Positions 12,506 to 25,683 of a stretch of DNA of 64,000 nucleotides are shown piece after piece; within the stretch, counting starts at the first letter, position 1; each line of letters begins with the position of its first letter. The notes beneath the pieces were generated by a model. It ran no database searches. It had not been told where the DNA came from and saw nothing but the letters and a program-made list of their open reading frames with translations. The stretch spans positions 240,002,001-240,066,000 of the forward strand of contig OZ024742.1 in the NCBI GenBank assembly GCA_964016885.1, in the 5' to 3' direction. The stretch comes from Eledone cirrhosa (lineage: Eukaryota). The translations under genes were made by a program, and so were the position numbers.

Positions 12506-14057
12506 ATTGAAGTTGGCAGTTATAGAGTTAAAGAAACAATTAAAGAGGTGAAAAATGGTAAAGCTGCAGGGCCATCAAAGATAACTGCTGAGATGCTAAA
12601 AGTATCGGGAGAAGTAGGAGGCAAACTAGTAACCCACATAGTCAACCAGGTAATACAGGACGGTACCATACCCAATGACTTCCACATTAATACAATCATA
12701 AATTGCTACAAGTGCAAAGGTGATGCCCTAGGGAGGAGCAACTACAGAGGAATAAAACTAATGGACCAAGTTATGAAAGCGGTGGAAAGAGTTATAATGC
12801 AACTAATTGGAGTCAAATTAGATGAGATGCAGTTTGGTTTCATGCTGAGAAAAGTACTACAGATGCCCTCTTTTTATCGAGGCAACTACAAGAAATTCTT
12901 AGCCAAAAATAAGTCACTATATCTAGCTTTCTTTGACCTAGAAAAAGCGTTTGACAGGATACCCCAATCTATTATCTGGTGGTCTTTAAGGAAATCAGGT
13001 GTAGAAGAATGATTGATGTGCAAGCCATGTACAGAGGAGCTGTCAGCAAAGTGACAGTAGGAAATGAGTTTAGTGAGGAATTCAAGGGACAAGTAGGCGC
13101 TCATCAAGGTTCGGTTCTTACCCCCACTACAGTCCTCTAGGCTATAAGAGGAGATAAGACCGGCTGCCCATAGGAACTTCTCTATACAGATGATCTAGTC
13201 CTTATAGCCGAATCAATTAAAGAGTTTAAAAAAATAAGTTCCAACTATGGAAACAGAATTTAGAATTAAATGCCTAAGGGGAAACTTAGCCAAAACTAAA
13301 ATGTACACAATGTAAATCTTGGATACACAACAGATGTAGTGGGATAATGAGTAGGCTAACAGGATGGGAAGATTTCGTTTGTAGAAGATGCACAGGGGTA
13401 ACTGAAGGGAAGATAACCAGTGATGTAAGCCTATTCCAGTCACAGGAAGGACTCATAAAAGTGGCTGATAGCTTCTGCTACCTAGGCAACGTAATTAGCA
13501 ATGGAGCTGGGTGCTCTGAGAGCTTAATAGCTAGAACAAGGAGAGGATGGAAAAGGTTCAGAGAACTACTCCCACTGCTGACAACAAAAGGTTTCTCCCT
13601 TCATACAAAAGGATGACTGAATGATGTTTGTGTACGAAGTGCAATGCTGCATGATAGTGAAACATGGGCTGTAACTGCAGAGAACATGCATAGACTGTAG
13701 AGAAATAAAGCAGCTATGCTCTGTTGGATGTGCAATGTAAGTGTGAGAGATAGGCAGAGCTTGGACGAGTTGAAGGAGAAGCGGGGTTTAAGAGGAATTC
13801 AAAATGGTGTGCAGGCGAGAAGACTGCATTGGTTTGGACATGTGATGTACATGGACAATGATCATTGGGTGAAGAAGTGCCAGTGGAAGGAAGTCATGGT
13901 AGAGTTAGACCAAGAAAGACCTGGGCAGAGGTTGTGAGAGCTGACTTCAAATCACTGAGACTCACAGAGGCGATGACAAAGGATCGCAGCATGTGGAGAG
14001 ATGCCGTGCTGAGAAGGAACCGCCCAGGCCATGTGAATGTAAAAACTATGAAGATGA
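12506..14057 (+). mobile_element. Older frameshifted RTE LINE (RT region to tail)
   Basis: [46 protein letters not shown] motifs; short tail. Confidence 0.9.
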
Positions 14058-14082
14058 TATATATATATATATATATATATAT

Positions 14083-14122
14083 ATCATCATCATCATACGT
14101 CAGCTTTTCCCTGCTTGCAAGG

Positions 14123-14126
<4 letters not shown>
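14083..14126 (-). mobile_element. Tail-only RTE insertion in (TA)n
   Basis: (CAT)n followed by acgtcagcttttccctgcttgcaagggtt, flanked by TA on both sides. Confidence 0.7.
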
Positions 14127-14196
<70 letters not shown>

Positions 14197-14199
<3 letters not shown>

Positions 14200-15208
14200 A
14201 GCGGGGTCTCAGGAAGCTTAATTAAGAATGTAGGCTTCACATACAGCAGCTGTGCTGGGACAGCAAACAGCAAACAGCCACAGGAAACAAGTACCACCAA
14301 TCTCTGGGAGGGCTCTGTAGAAACAGTAGACAGCTTCTGCTACCTAGGTGACCGAATTAGCAGCGGAGGTGGGTGTTCAGAAAGTACAATAACTAGGGTA
14401 AGAGCGGGATGGAAGAAGTTTAGGGGACTACTACCACTGCTAGCTGCAAAAGGCTTCTCACTCAGAATGAAAGGCAGACTGTATGATGCATGTATCCGAA
14501 CAGCGATGTTGCATGGTAGTGACACCTGGGCGCTGAAGGTGGAAGACTTACGTAGATTAGAGAGAAACGAAGCCTGCATGCTCCGATGGATGTGTAACAG
14601 TAATATACGTGAACGACAAAGCATAAATGAATTGAGAGAGAGACTGAGCATAAGAGGAATCAAATGCTGTGTGCAGAAGAGGCGGTTGCGCTGGTATGGA
14701 CATGTGATGCGTATGAAGGATGACAGCTGCATAAAAAGGTGCAGAGCACTAGAAGTCGATGGAAACCGCGAAGTGGGGAGACCCAAGATGACCTGGGATG
14801 AGGTGATAAAAGCCGACCTTACCCAATTACACCTCTCAAAGGCAATGACACACGACCTCTGGCGTCACGCAGTAATTCAGAGTACCCAACCTCCCATGGG
14901 TACAAGCTGAAGCATATAGACAATATGCCCCCACACCCTCCCACCGCAAGGTGGTTGTGGAGGTGCCACGGCAAAAAAGCACCCAGCCCACATTGTAAAG
15001 TGGACGTGTAGGCGCCACGAAAAAGCACCCAGCACTCACTGTAAATGAGGTTGGTGTTAGGAAGGGCATCCAGCTGTAGAAATCAAGCCAAATCAGTTCC
15101 TGTATGAGCAAGGCATGGTCAGCCGACCAGGCACTGCCCACAACAGGACAACCCGTCTAACCCATGCTAGCGTGGAAGAACGGACGTAAAACGGTGATGA
15201 TGATGATG

Positions 15209-15210
<2 letters not shown>
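14197..15210 (+). mobile_element. Young 5'-truncated RTE LINE (copy B, sister subfamily); ORF open to 14910
   Basis: Same C-terminal RT motifs as copy A, long 3'UTR, (GAT)n tail and TA flanks. Confidence 0.95.
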
Positions 15211-15288
<78 letters not shown>

Positions 15289-15494
15289 AACACACATACA
15301 TGGCAGAATTTAAAAATCTCACTGAAATAAGTTAAACTGTTGCAGCTTGTCAGCGGTAAAAGACAGAGAAGGTCGTGATAGCGTTTACATTGTTGCTCTC
15401 ACTACACTCCAGAAAATGCTGGTGTCTTCAGCAAATATTTAGTCGTCTTAATACTAGCTCTCTAACTATATTGTATTATAATGTAATATGTTTG

Positions 15495-15630
15495 CGGCCC
15501 TTTGCGGTCTGAGTTCAAATCGCGCCGAGGTTAACTTTGCATTTCATCCTTACGGGGTCGATAAAATAGAGTACCAGTAATGCATCGAGATAATTGCTGG
15601 CCTTGTGCCAAAAGTAGAAACAATTATAAT
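15495..15630 (+). mobile_element. SINE 3' part (9140 family)
   Basis: B box, core and tail match 9200-9320. Confidence 0.8.
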
Positions 15631-17315
15631 GTAATGGAGAGAATTCCACGTTGTTACACAGTTCTGTTCTCTCTCCTCTCCTAACAAACATTTGAAAAGC
15701 AAGTTAGCTAGCTATCTATCTATTATACTCATGATCAGTCAATGAGTGAAAAAGTAACATTTTCCGATTGCTATGAAATCATCAGTAAATACAATACAAG
15801 CCTAGCTTTCCATTCAACACTGCCGCTTACCCCACTAAGCAGAGGGAAGCTGGTGGCTGGTTGACAAGCCGGTAGGCAATGAGAACAGTTAAGTTGATAT
15901 AAAACACGAAATTATAAAACATTATGTGATGAAGAAATCTCTCTTTCCACTACATTTTCTTAATTAATTTATTCGTTTAATCAATGTAAACGTCCCTTAA
16001 AGCTGGTAAGCTATGACAGGTTGAGAAATGTATCTAAAACGAGAGATAGATTAAAAAAAATACACAAAAAGCAAAAGTAAGAATAAGGTGTGTGTGGGGG
16101 GGGGGGGTAGATATAAGAACAGTTATGTTTGTTATCGAATTATTTCGTAGCCTCGATGAATTGGAAGACCTTGTTTATTGTTGGTAGATCCTTGACAATA
16201 TATAGCTTCTTTTTAAAGAACAATTTTAAAATCTTTCTCTCCTAATTTTTACATTGGAACAAGTAGCAGTTCCTAATTTAGGCACAAGGCCAGCAATTTT
16301 GAGAGAGGGGAAGAAGGGGGTCAATTAAATTGTCTTCGGAAGGATGAAAGGCAAATTTGACTCGATTCGAATTTCTTAACGTAGCTAGCCGAAAGAAATA
16401 CTGCAGGGCATTTTATTTATATATTTATAGTATAGAAGAATAAAAGTAACAAAGAAATTAAATAACAAATAAGCATAGAGAAAAAGAAAAGGTGAGGGGT
16501 AATTTTAAAAGGGAGGAAGGGCATTCTGTCCAACACTCCAATGATTCTACCAATCCGCCATAGAACAATAGTATGTTTATATAAAACACGAAATTAAAAC
16601 ATTTTTGACAAAGAAACCTCTTTTCACAGCATTCTTTTTCAAAGAATACTTAAAGTCACAATAGAAAGTGGATTAATAGAAAGAAACTACTAAGTTGATA
16701 ACAATAATAAAAATAAATATCATTATCAGAACATTATAAGAAAATTCTGATGCTGAACACACACAGATCATTATAGATAATCAGATCACTTAAACAGATT
16801 GTAATTAATCAAAAACAATTGATCATAAATGGTGTGTGTGTGTATAGATGATAGAGTAGTTGCTAATATTTCAATACATCTTATTCAACTAATGCTTATG
16901 TTATTACAATTTAGTAAAAGAGGGAAATATTGAGTATAAGAAAGCTTTATTAAATATTACATCTTCAAAAGCATTATAAACGATTATAGAATAACCTGGG
17001 GTTCAGCAACCCAAGAGAAAAAAAAAGTGGTACCTTCGGAGGACATCTTTATATTTATACACACACACATACAACTATTATTGCTATAATCATTATAAGA
17101 CATAAGCCCCACGGTGAAGCTTAAACGGTTTCGATGGCGGAATGAGTAATTAAAATCGATCTTAGTTTCCCAATTCACCATGGAAGCAGTTTAAACTAAA
17201 CCGTATGGCTTATAAGAATAATAATGTCTACACTCTAATTTCCTCAAAGTGGGGAATACTCAAGTTGAACAGTGGTCTTGTCTTAATTAGTAACACAATC
17301 ATACATTATATATAC

Positions 17316-17362
17316 GACCCGTCCAACCCTTGCTAACAGGGAAGCTGGACGTTAATGATTAT
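17316..17362 (+). mobile_element. Tail-only RTE insertion
   Basis: gacccgtccaacccttgctaacagggaagctggacgttaatgat lies between TA runs. Confidence 0.6.
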
Positions 17363-18788
17363 ATATATATATTAAGAATATTTTCGAAACAGCGAGCGGG
17401 TTTGAAATTACTATAAATATAAGCTATCGCCGTATTTTGACTAAAGAAATTAAAGAAATTATTTAGCCTGATAAGAACCCTCGGAGAAATGGAACAGCAA
17501 TGAGACGTTATGACGTGAAATAATAATTATTATTATGAACACGATAAATAATGTAAAGTATGGCAATAGCAACTGGAGTCGACAGTGCTCAAGATATCAG
17601 CCTATAATTTTATGTATAAAACATACAGCAACTTACAGAACATGCATATACACACACACGTAAGATGGAGCTAAGTTAATATGAATTATAATGTTTCTTT
17701 CAATGATATACTCAAATGACTATTTGAGTATATCATTATAAATGAAAGCATATACAATATGTCTATGTATAATAAACATACACAAGTCTCGCTGTGGATA
17801 TTTTAAGCTGTGATCATGAGTAGCACTAACACAGCGTGATTTAGAATAGAGGAATATCACAAACAGCCTGATTCGGAATAGCTGCTGCTAATTAATGACT
17901 ACAGTAGTGGTTTCAGAAGAAATCAACGAACCAATATAATTTAGACAACCAAAAGATATTCTTTAATACTTAGTTAAACTTTTTTTAAATAATTCAAATT
18001 CTAAACAGGTATTTTTTAACAGTGATATATGATATTTTAAAGATTTTCCTCGTGTCAAGATTCCCCACTTTACAATACAATAAAAATCAAATCTAAATAA
18101 AACCGTTCTTTTTTTCTTTTTTTTTCATTCATTCATTCATAGAAAGAGGGTAAGTAAACTTTGCGTCGAAACCTAAAATCATTAGACAGCAAATCGATTA
18201 AATTATTGAATTTATTAATAACTAAATTCTATAAAATCGTAACCATAATTGTTTAAAGTAAATAATCACAGTGATATAAACATACTTTATTAACTAACGA
18301 CTAAATGATCATCGCATTATTATTTAACAATCCGTGGAAGGCACTGCATTAAAAATAGCTTAGCATATCATGTGATGCTATTCTCTTCTACGGACTAAAT
18401 CATTATCTAAACCGTTTTATATTAAAATTATTCAAGGAAAAAACTATCAATAGCTATATTAAGCATACATAAATGCTATATTACATCATTTAAATAGTAG
18501 AAATATAACGAGAGTATGTTGTTGCTTTTTAAATCTGTATTTTATTTATTTTTATTTTACTTTTTCATCATTTCTATTTTATATCTAAAAATAAATATAC
18601 CAGGAACACAAGAGGTTTTCTCAGATGTAAAAATCAAAGATATTTCCTTTTAATGCATACCTATGTATATACGCAAGTACGTAAGAGTATATGTATATGT
18701 ATGTATGTGCATGTTATGCACACATGTGTGCAAGTGTACACACACATGTGTTCGTATACGTATTGTATACATTATTCATGCATACACA

Positions 18789-18792
<4 letters not shown>

Positions 18793-18883
<91 letters not shown>
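18793..18883. repeat. (CA)n microsatellite
   Basis: Directly visible in the sequence. Confidence 0.98.
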
Positions 18884-18884
<1 letters not shown>

Positions 18885-19164
18885 ATATCTTCTACTACTA
18901 CTATATTGCGTTAATGAATTATATAGAGCCATTAAGTAGAAAGAAATCAAAGCAGTATTACTATTCTGGAAAAAAAGTAGGAGTGACAAATAAATAGTCA
19001 TTCAATCTTTTTCTCCAACAGATAGTAGTAGTAGCACCAGCAGCAGGGAGAGAGAGAGAGAGAGAGAGACGCGCGCGCGCGCGCGGTAAAATGTGAAGCA
19101 AAATGATTTAAAGCACATCTTATACAGCCACGTACACTCTTCATTTAACGACCGCTCACGCTGA

Positions 19165-19445
19165 AGACGGCAAATTGGCAGAATCCTTAGGGTTAAAAAT
19201 GCCTCGGTATTTGTCACGTCTCGCTGTGCTCTATGGTCAACTTTGCCTTTCATCTTTTCGCTGTCGATAAAAAAAAAGTACCAGACCAATACTGGGTTGA
19301 TTTTCTCTCTGTCTCTAAGAAGAAATCGGCTGTGTTCTGACATGAAATGGGATAGGCTTCACTTGGTTTCAAATCCCCTGGGTACGCAGTGTGTTAGATC
19401 ATGAAAGCGCCCTAACAACTCCAGTACAGGTTAAGGGTCTTTCTT
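19165..19445 (+). mobile_element. SINE with the shared core but a different long tail
   Basis: Core caactttgcctttcatc..gtcgataaa..gtaccag followed by tail ctctctgtctct.agaagaaatcggctgtgttc..gttaagggtcttt; homologues at 21968-22270 (-), 41297-41510 (+) and 44120-44420 (-). Confidence 0.7.
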
Positions 19446-19521
19446 TTCGGTTTTCCTTTCACACATGACTGAAGATACAATATATTGTCATGGATCTACC
19501 AACTATAAATAAAGGTCTTCC

Positions 19522-19555
<34 letters not shown>

Positions 19556-19724
19556 TTTTTTTAGGCTAAGAAAAGTTTCATCAGAAACAGTTCACTGCTG
19601 TATCTCTGCTTTTGTTTTTCACCTTATTTTTGTTTCTTATTTATAGGGGGTATTGGATATTTTCTAAGTCTGTCATAGATAACCAGCTTTGCACTGACGT
19701 TTCAATTTATTACAGAAATGAAAG

Positions 19725-19960
19725 TCTTCTTCTTTGCCCACTTATTCTTGGGAGGTTCGTGGGGACAGTCGCAAGCAATTCTTCCAGCTGGTCCCGTCAG
19801 TGGCAACTGTCTCTAATTGATCCAGGTGGATCTCCAAGTGAGATCAACCGACTCATAGATGTTATCCTGTTGCTTGTATTCTACCCCTGGTAAAATCTGT
19901 CTAGCGATTCTTTCCTTAGATATTCTGACACCCCAAAAACTGCAATATTGTTAGATGTAA
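19725..19960 (-). mobile_element. Decayed 3' end of a Rex3/Expander-type RTE
   Basis: Minus-strand translation remnants ERIARQI..QDNI..LG-H-DQLETVATDGTSWK..L, with a (GAA)-like tail. Confidence 0.5.
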
Positions 19961-21115
19961 TAAAAGCATTCATACTGCATCATCCTTCCCGCGGGTAACA
20001 AAGGACGCATTCAAGCTTTGGGTAGAGCAACCTAATAAAAAAAATATATTGCTGTATCAATCCAACGCTGTGACAAGTGGCGATGAGTCTGCGTCCTGCC
20101 CTAAGAGACGTGCGATGGACGCACAAAGGTTACGTATATGGAGGGTCCAGAAGGGAGCAACGCGTTTTCTTTTGGGTTTTTTTAAAATCTATTTATTGTA
20201 GACCAGGTGTTCTCAAAATGATACATACAAACTTCTGGGGTGAATATAAGATTTAGGGGTCCATAGGGGGTGACTTTACTAGTTTGCATTTATTATTCCC
20301 TTTATAACAGAACAAAACATTGCTGGGCCATGAAGATTAACTGACATATCGTAATATACCTACCATAATGTCTGGATGGGTGCGATGACCACTAATAATG
20401 TGTTGTTCTCGAACGACCTAATCGAACGATTAATTTGTTTGAGGATGAATAGAAATTAAAATGTTACAGGAGGTTTGTCTATCAAGTAAAAGCTATGAAA
20501 AGACCTGGTGTATACGGTTATATACTTTTTGAATTTTTATTTAATTGTTGTGCGTTACACATCGTGTGTCCTTTATCCAATAAACCCTTTATTAATTTGT
20601 TTGTTTTTGTAAGAGTTTTGCAAAACGAAACTAATTTACAGTTATTGACAGTGTTTCCATTAGACTCTCACGAACATCTTTATGCAGATAATTCATACAA
20701 TATAAAAATCGACACTCGGTAACATTTCAAATGCCCGTGGAGCCTATCATCCATCGGGTGACATTAAAACAATATCTCAAGATATTTTGCGATCAGGCCG
20801 TCGTTGGAACATAACCTAGTCGTTAAGCGAGGAGGTTGTTGAGAAAAGAGTACACACTCCACTACGACACTAGTTAAAGAGAGTCAAACATGATGATTTG
20901 ATAGTAGTTTTAATAAATATGGGGGTACATAACTCATTGTTTTAAGGAACGAAACAATGTTTGGTTTCTTCGCTAAAATTGCGTCACGGCTATATTGAGA
21001 GAGAGGGGAGTGCGCGCGCTAAGTTTTCAGGAAAATCAATGTTTGCATTTAAATGGATAAATACAAATATCTGTATAAACAAAAAATGTTCACATCCCAC
21101 CAATTTACATTTGAC

Positions 21116-21828
21116 TCAATGTAACGGTTGAAATAGGGATGTGGTGTTCAATGCAACAGTTGATACAGGGATGTGGTGTTCAATGCAACAGTTGATACAG
21201 GGATGTGGTGTTCAATGCAACAGTTGATACAGGGGTGTGGTGTTCAATGCAACAGTTGATACAGGGATGTGGTGTTCAATGCAACAGTTGATACAGGGGT
21301 GTGGTGTTCAATGCAACAGTTGATACAGGGATGTGGTGTTCAATGCAACAGTTGATACAGGGGTGTGGTGTTCAATGCAACAGTTGATACAGGGGTGTGG
21401 TGTTCAATGCAACAGTTGATACAGGGGTGTGGTGTTCAATGCAACAGTTGATACAGGGATGTGGTGTTCAATGCAACAGTTGATGCAGAGATGTGGTGGT
21501 ATGTGGTGTTCGATGCAACAGTTGATACAGGGATGTGGTGTTTAATGCAACAGTTGATACAGGGATGTGGTGGTATGTGGTGTTTAATGCAACAGTTGAT
21601 ACAGGGATGTGGTGGTATGTGGTGTTTAATGCAACAGTTGATACAGGGATGTGGTGGTATGTGGTGTTTAATGCAACAGTTGATACAGGGATGTGGTGGT
21701 ATGTGGTGTTTAATGCAACAGTTGATACAGGGATGTGGTGGTATGTGGTGTTTAATGCAACAGTTGATACAGGGATGTGGTGGTATGTGGTGTTTAATGA
21801 AACAGTTGATACAGGGATGTATTTCAAT
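21116..21828. repeat. Minisatellite: 32-bp units changing to 42-bp units
   Basis: Unit atgtggtgttcaatgcaacagttgatacaggg; later units add the 10-bp gtggtatgtg. Confidence 0.97.
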
Positions 21829-23379
21829 CCTTTCACTGTTCTTTTGTTGCTATATATGTGTGTGTATGCATGTGAAAAATAACAGAATACAGTACAATGA
21901 TATATATTAGTTCAACGCTTGATATAGTAGGGAAAGCAGTAACATTTTGAAATTGCTACTAAGCACAGAGCCCTTAACTCTCAATGCAATCGTAGGGGCA
22001 CCGCTCTGATACACGGCATGTCTTGGGTATTTTAAACCTAGGGAACACATCCCCCTCTAGTTGGAACACAGGCAATTTCTTCCAGCGAGAGACAGATAGG
22101 AAGTGATAAAGAGAAATAGAGAAAGAACTAACCCTAGTACCGGACTAGTTCTTTATTTATTGACCTCAAAAAGATGAAAGACAAAGCGACCTCAGCAGGA
22201 TTTGAACTCAGAGCTGGAATAAACACTGGGCAGAATTATATCCAATATTCTAATGACCCCGTCACTGTGCTGCTTTATACAAATGAAGTGACCCACAGTA
22301 ATAGCTATATCAATTCATCAAAAGAATTTGGGAATATTGTCAAAAAGAAAATGAAAAGAAAAACTGCAATTAAGTACATAACTTTAATCAGACAACATAT
22401 GGATATGTAGTAGCAGTAATAATAAATATTGTATTATTACTATTAAAAATAATTATAGTCCTTGATTTAGTTTTGATTAACAAGATGCTGGGAAACTCAA
22501 TGTGTTATGAGTATTAATTGTATAGATCAAGTAAATCCAAGGTAATATCAGGAAGGTAAGATCCAAAAGAATGAAAAATAACTGGCACCACAGAGCATTA
22601 ACATGTATTTAAAGGAACGCCAAAGCCTTTTAGAACTTCAACGTTTTATTTTCCTAAAGTTCTAAAGGATTTTGGTGTTCCTTTAAATAACTGTGTGCGA
22701 AGCTCGAATTTGCGAACTTACGACGCAATGAGGAAGTAAATTTATAGATGATTTAGGATGATCAAGTACAGAAAATAACTGCAATTACAATCAATTTGTG
22801 ACTGTAATTACAGTTATTTTCTGTGTTTGATTGCCATGAATACCAGGACTACCAAATATATGAACAATCACACAAGCTAAGAAATTTTTGTTTTGATAAA
22901 TTAATGGCTTGTATAAGAGAAACCCTATAGTTGATGTCGATAACCGACGTGAGCAAAGCTAAATTAATGAAATTGAAACCGAATAAAAAAAAAAAATAAA
23001 ACCAAGGTTTAATTTTCCAAGATTGCAAATATCATTGCATCCCATTACTAATTAATGTCATTGTTTTAGTTTACAGCAAATTTTCACAGTAATCTGTCCA
23101 TTAGTATTAGTCATAAGATCCTTTTTGAAGAATTGTTTTATGACAGGATGCCCTTCCTAATGCCAACTCTTTTACTTGCCTCTTACAACACAGAGATATG
23201 GTTGGGGGTGATAGAACACCATATTCCAGTGGATTGGGAGTTGAGTACTGACATCCCTCAGTACAGGGGAAAAAGTGATCCTCTAGTCCAGTCATAGGCA
23301 AAATGTATGTTATGCACTGGGTGGGTACATTGAAAATGTAGTGATGTGAAAGGATTATTGCATAATGTGACATACATTT

Positions 23380-23890
23380 ATCTGTAAAGTGTATTTGAGG
23401 GAACTACAGGTGGAGAGGATGGTGAGCTGGATCTTAGAAATGATATTGTTACCTTAAAGACATGTTAAATGAAGAGGGTGGATCAGACTTTATGACAGTA
23501 TCTTGAGTGTGATGTGCATGGAAAAAGTTCCAGAAACTGAATAGTATGATCACAAGGAAGGGTGTTTCACACTTGCATGGAAAAAATATGTGTGAGAAGT
23601 GCCATGGTGTATGGGAGCTATATACAAATGGTAAACATTGGGCAACAAAGAAGACTGGAAAGAGCAGAAATGAGAGAATAGCTCAGTAGATTATTGGAGA
23701 ATCACCGAGGAAGAGGAAGAGAAACAGAACCAGTGATGAATGTTGTGGAGAAAAATTGAATGGGAATATCAAGAAAGATATGGCTATTTATAAATGATGG
23801 AGAGGGGTTGGTGGTGGTAGGAAAAAATGGAGAAGTGCCTACGAGGCTAACCCCTGTTTTAGCAGCGAAGATGGCTTTCAAACACTTGCT
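23380..23890 (+). mobile_element. Highly decayed RTE 3' region
   Basis: AWKKF..KGVS..CVRSAMVYGS..RLERAEMR remnants. Confidence 0.5.
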
Positions 23891-25624
23891 TATTTGATCT
23901 GTGCAATAGTAAAGACATTACAAACACTTGTATTAACAAACCCATTTTTAGATATTTTCTGCTAAATCATTACAGGATGTGAAGAGTTCGGAGAATAGAA
24001 GACACTTCTAAAATATGGTGCCAGCAGCAGTCTAATGAAATGAGTCAGAGTATCAATAATATTCTGATGAAATAATTTAACACTACTTCTAAGAGTTTGG
24101 CATGAAATTAGTAAAAATAAATTCTTTACACAGCAAGAATTTTAAGGAACTTAACACTTTCATGACCATATTTCTAATGAAATATATTCTATTTCAATTA
24201 ATTATTTAATCTGAGGGATTTACTAAACTGTTATTACTAAAATAATAACAGTTCTTATATAAAACTATGTTGAAAGATTTTAGTTTAAATAGGAACCCAA
24301 TAACCCTTTCATTACCATATTTATAATAAAAGAATATCACCTGTAATTTTCAACTAATTTTGAAAATAATCAAGGTGTTTGGAACAACTTAAATGTTCCT
24401 ACATAAAATAAACAGCTGGTTTGGGATGGTTTAGTGTCAAAGGGGTTAAGTGGGTGGTTTTGTATCATAGAACCATGGCCAGTTTGGGTAGAGTTGGTTA
24501 TCAAAGGGGTTCATATCTATAAAACAAGTTATACAAGCAAAAATACCTAATACAGATACATTTAAAATCTGTCTAACTACATAGTATGGATTATATGTGC
24601 ACATAGAAATTGGGAATATCTTTTTTTTTTAATGTATAAGAAAACGAAACGAAAGCAAATTTACTTAAATTTCAAAGCTGACTAATAATTATAATAATTA
24701 TGGTTTCATATTTAGACACAAGGTCAATAATTTAGGGAGAGAAGAAAATCCATTAAATCAACCCCAGTAGTTGACTGGTACTTTATTTTATCAACCCTCA
24801 GAAGGCTGAAAGGTAAAGTTGAATGATTTAGTCACCTTGCACACATCCCGGGCAGGCCTTCCAGGTGATGCTTCCATGGCTGGAGAATTTATCTCAAGCC
24901 AACAAAACCCTCTACAAGATCAAAGATTTCTGGAAATGGGCTATAGGCTGAAAAACATTTATTTTATCAACCCTTGGAAGGGTAAAGGGTATGGTTGATC
25001 TCATTAGAATTTGAATTCAGAATGCATAGAGCTGGAACAAATACCACAAAGAATTTTGCTGATGCTCTAACATTTCTGTCAATCCACCAATAATAATCCA
25101 TTCTTTATTTACCACAAAGATGAGCCATATAGGGGAGGAGGTATATACATGTTAAAAAAGTGTAGAAAAATCAATCATAATACTCCATGTTTGTGTGTGT
25201 ACGACTCTTTGAAATTTACACACAAAAATATACACTGTATTTCTTATCTGAGTCATGTTACTACAATAAGATATCAGCTTCCCAATCAATGTTCTGGGTT
25301 CTAACCCTACATTTGTTCCTGGAAAGAGTTATTTCTCCAAACTTCTTCATATATTTAATTCTGTATGTCATATGCTAACTAGATCCTAAAAATAAATTAT
25401 TAAAATATCATTCTTATCTTTAATCACTTCCACACACCAGTAATCAACAAACTATAGGATTTCTTTTATGTAAACCATTAATTTATCAAAACACAAAATC
25501 TCCCAGCTTGTATTATTCTTTATATATTTAGCAGTCATGGACTCCAAAAATTAAATGCATTCAATGTTATTGCTATCATTATTGACGGCATGGGCCAACT
25601 AGTAAATATATATAAAGCCCACCA

Positions 25625-25683
<59 letters not shown>

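Noticed and set aside
19718-19816. Small signal-peptide-like ORF MKVFFFAHLFLGGSWGQ... after an AG acceptor
   Set aside because: Better explained as the antisense strand of a decayed RTE 3' end.
20203-20900. hAT element starting CAGGTGTTCTCAAA
   Set aside because: A matching second TIR and target-site duplication could not be located.
21116-21828. CRISPR array or repetitive protein
   Set aside because: No unique spacers and no cas genes; it is a pure tandem minisatellite in eukaryotic DNA.
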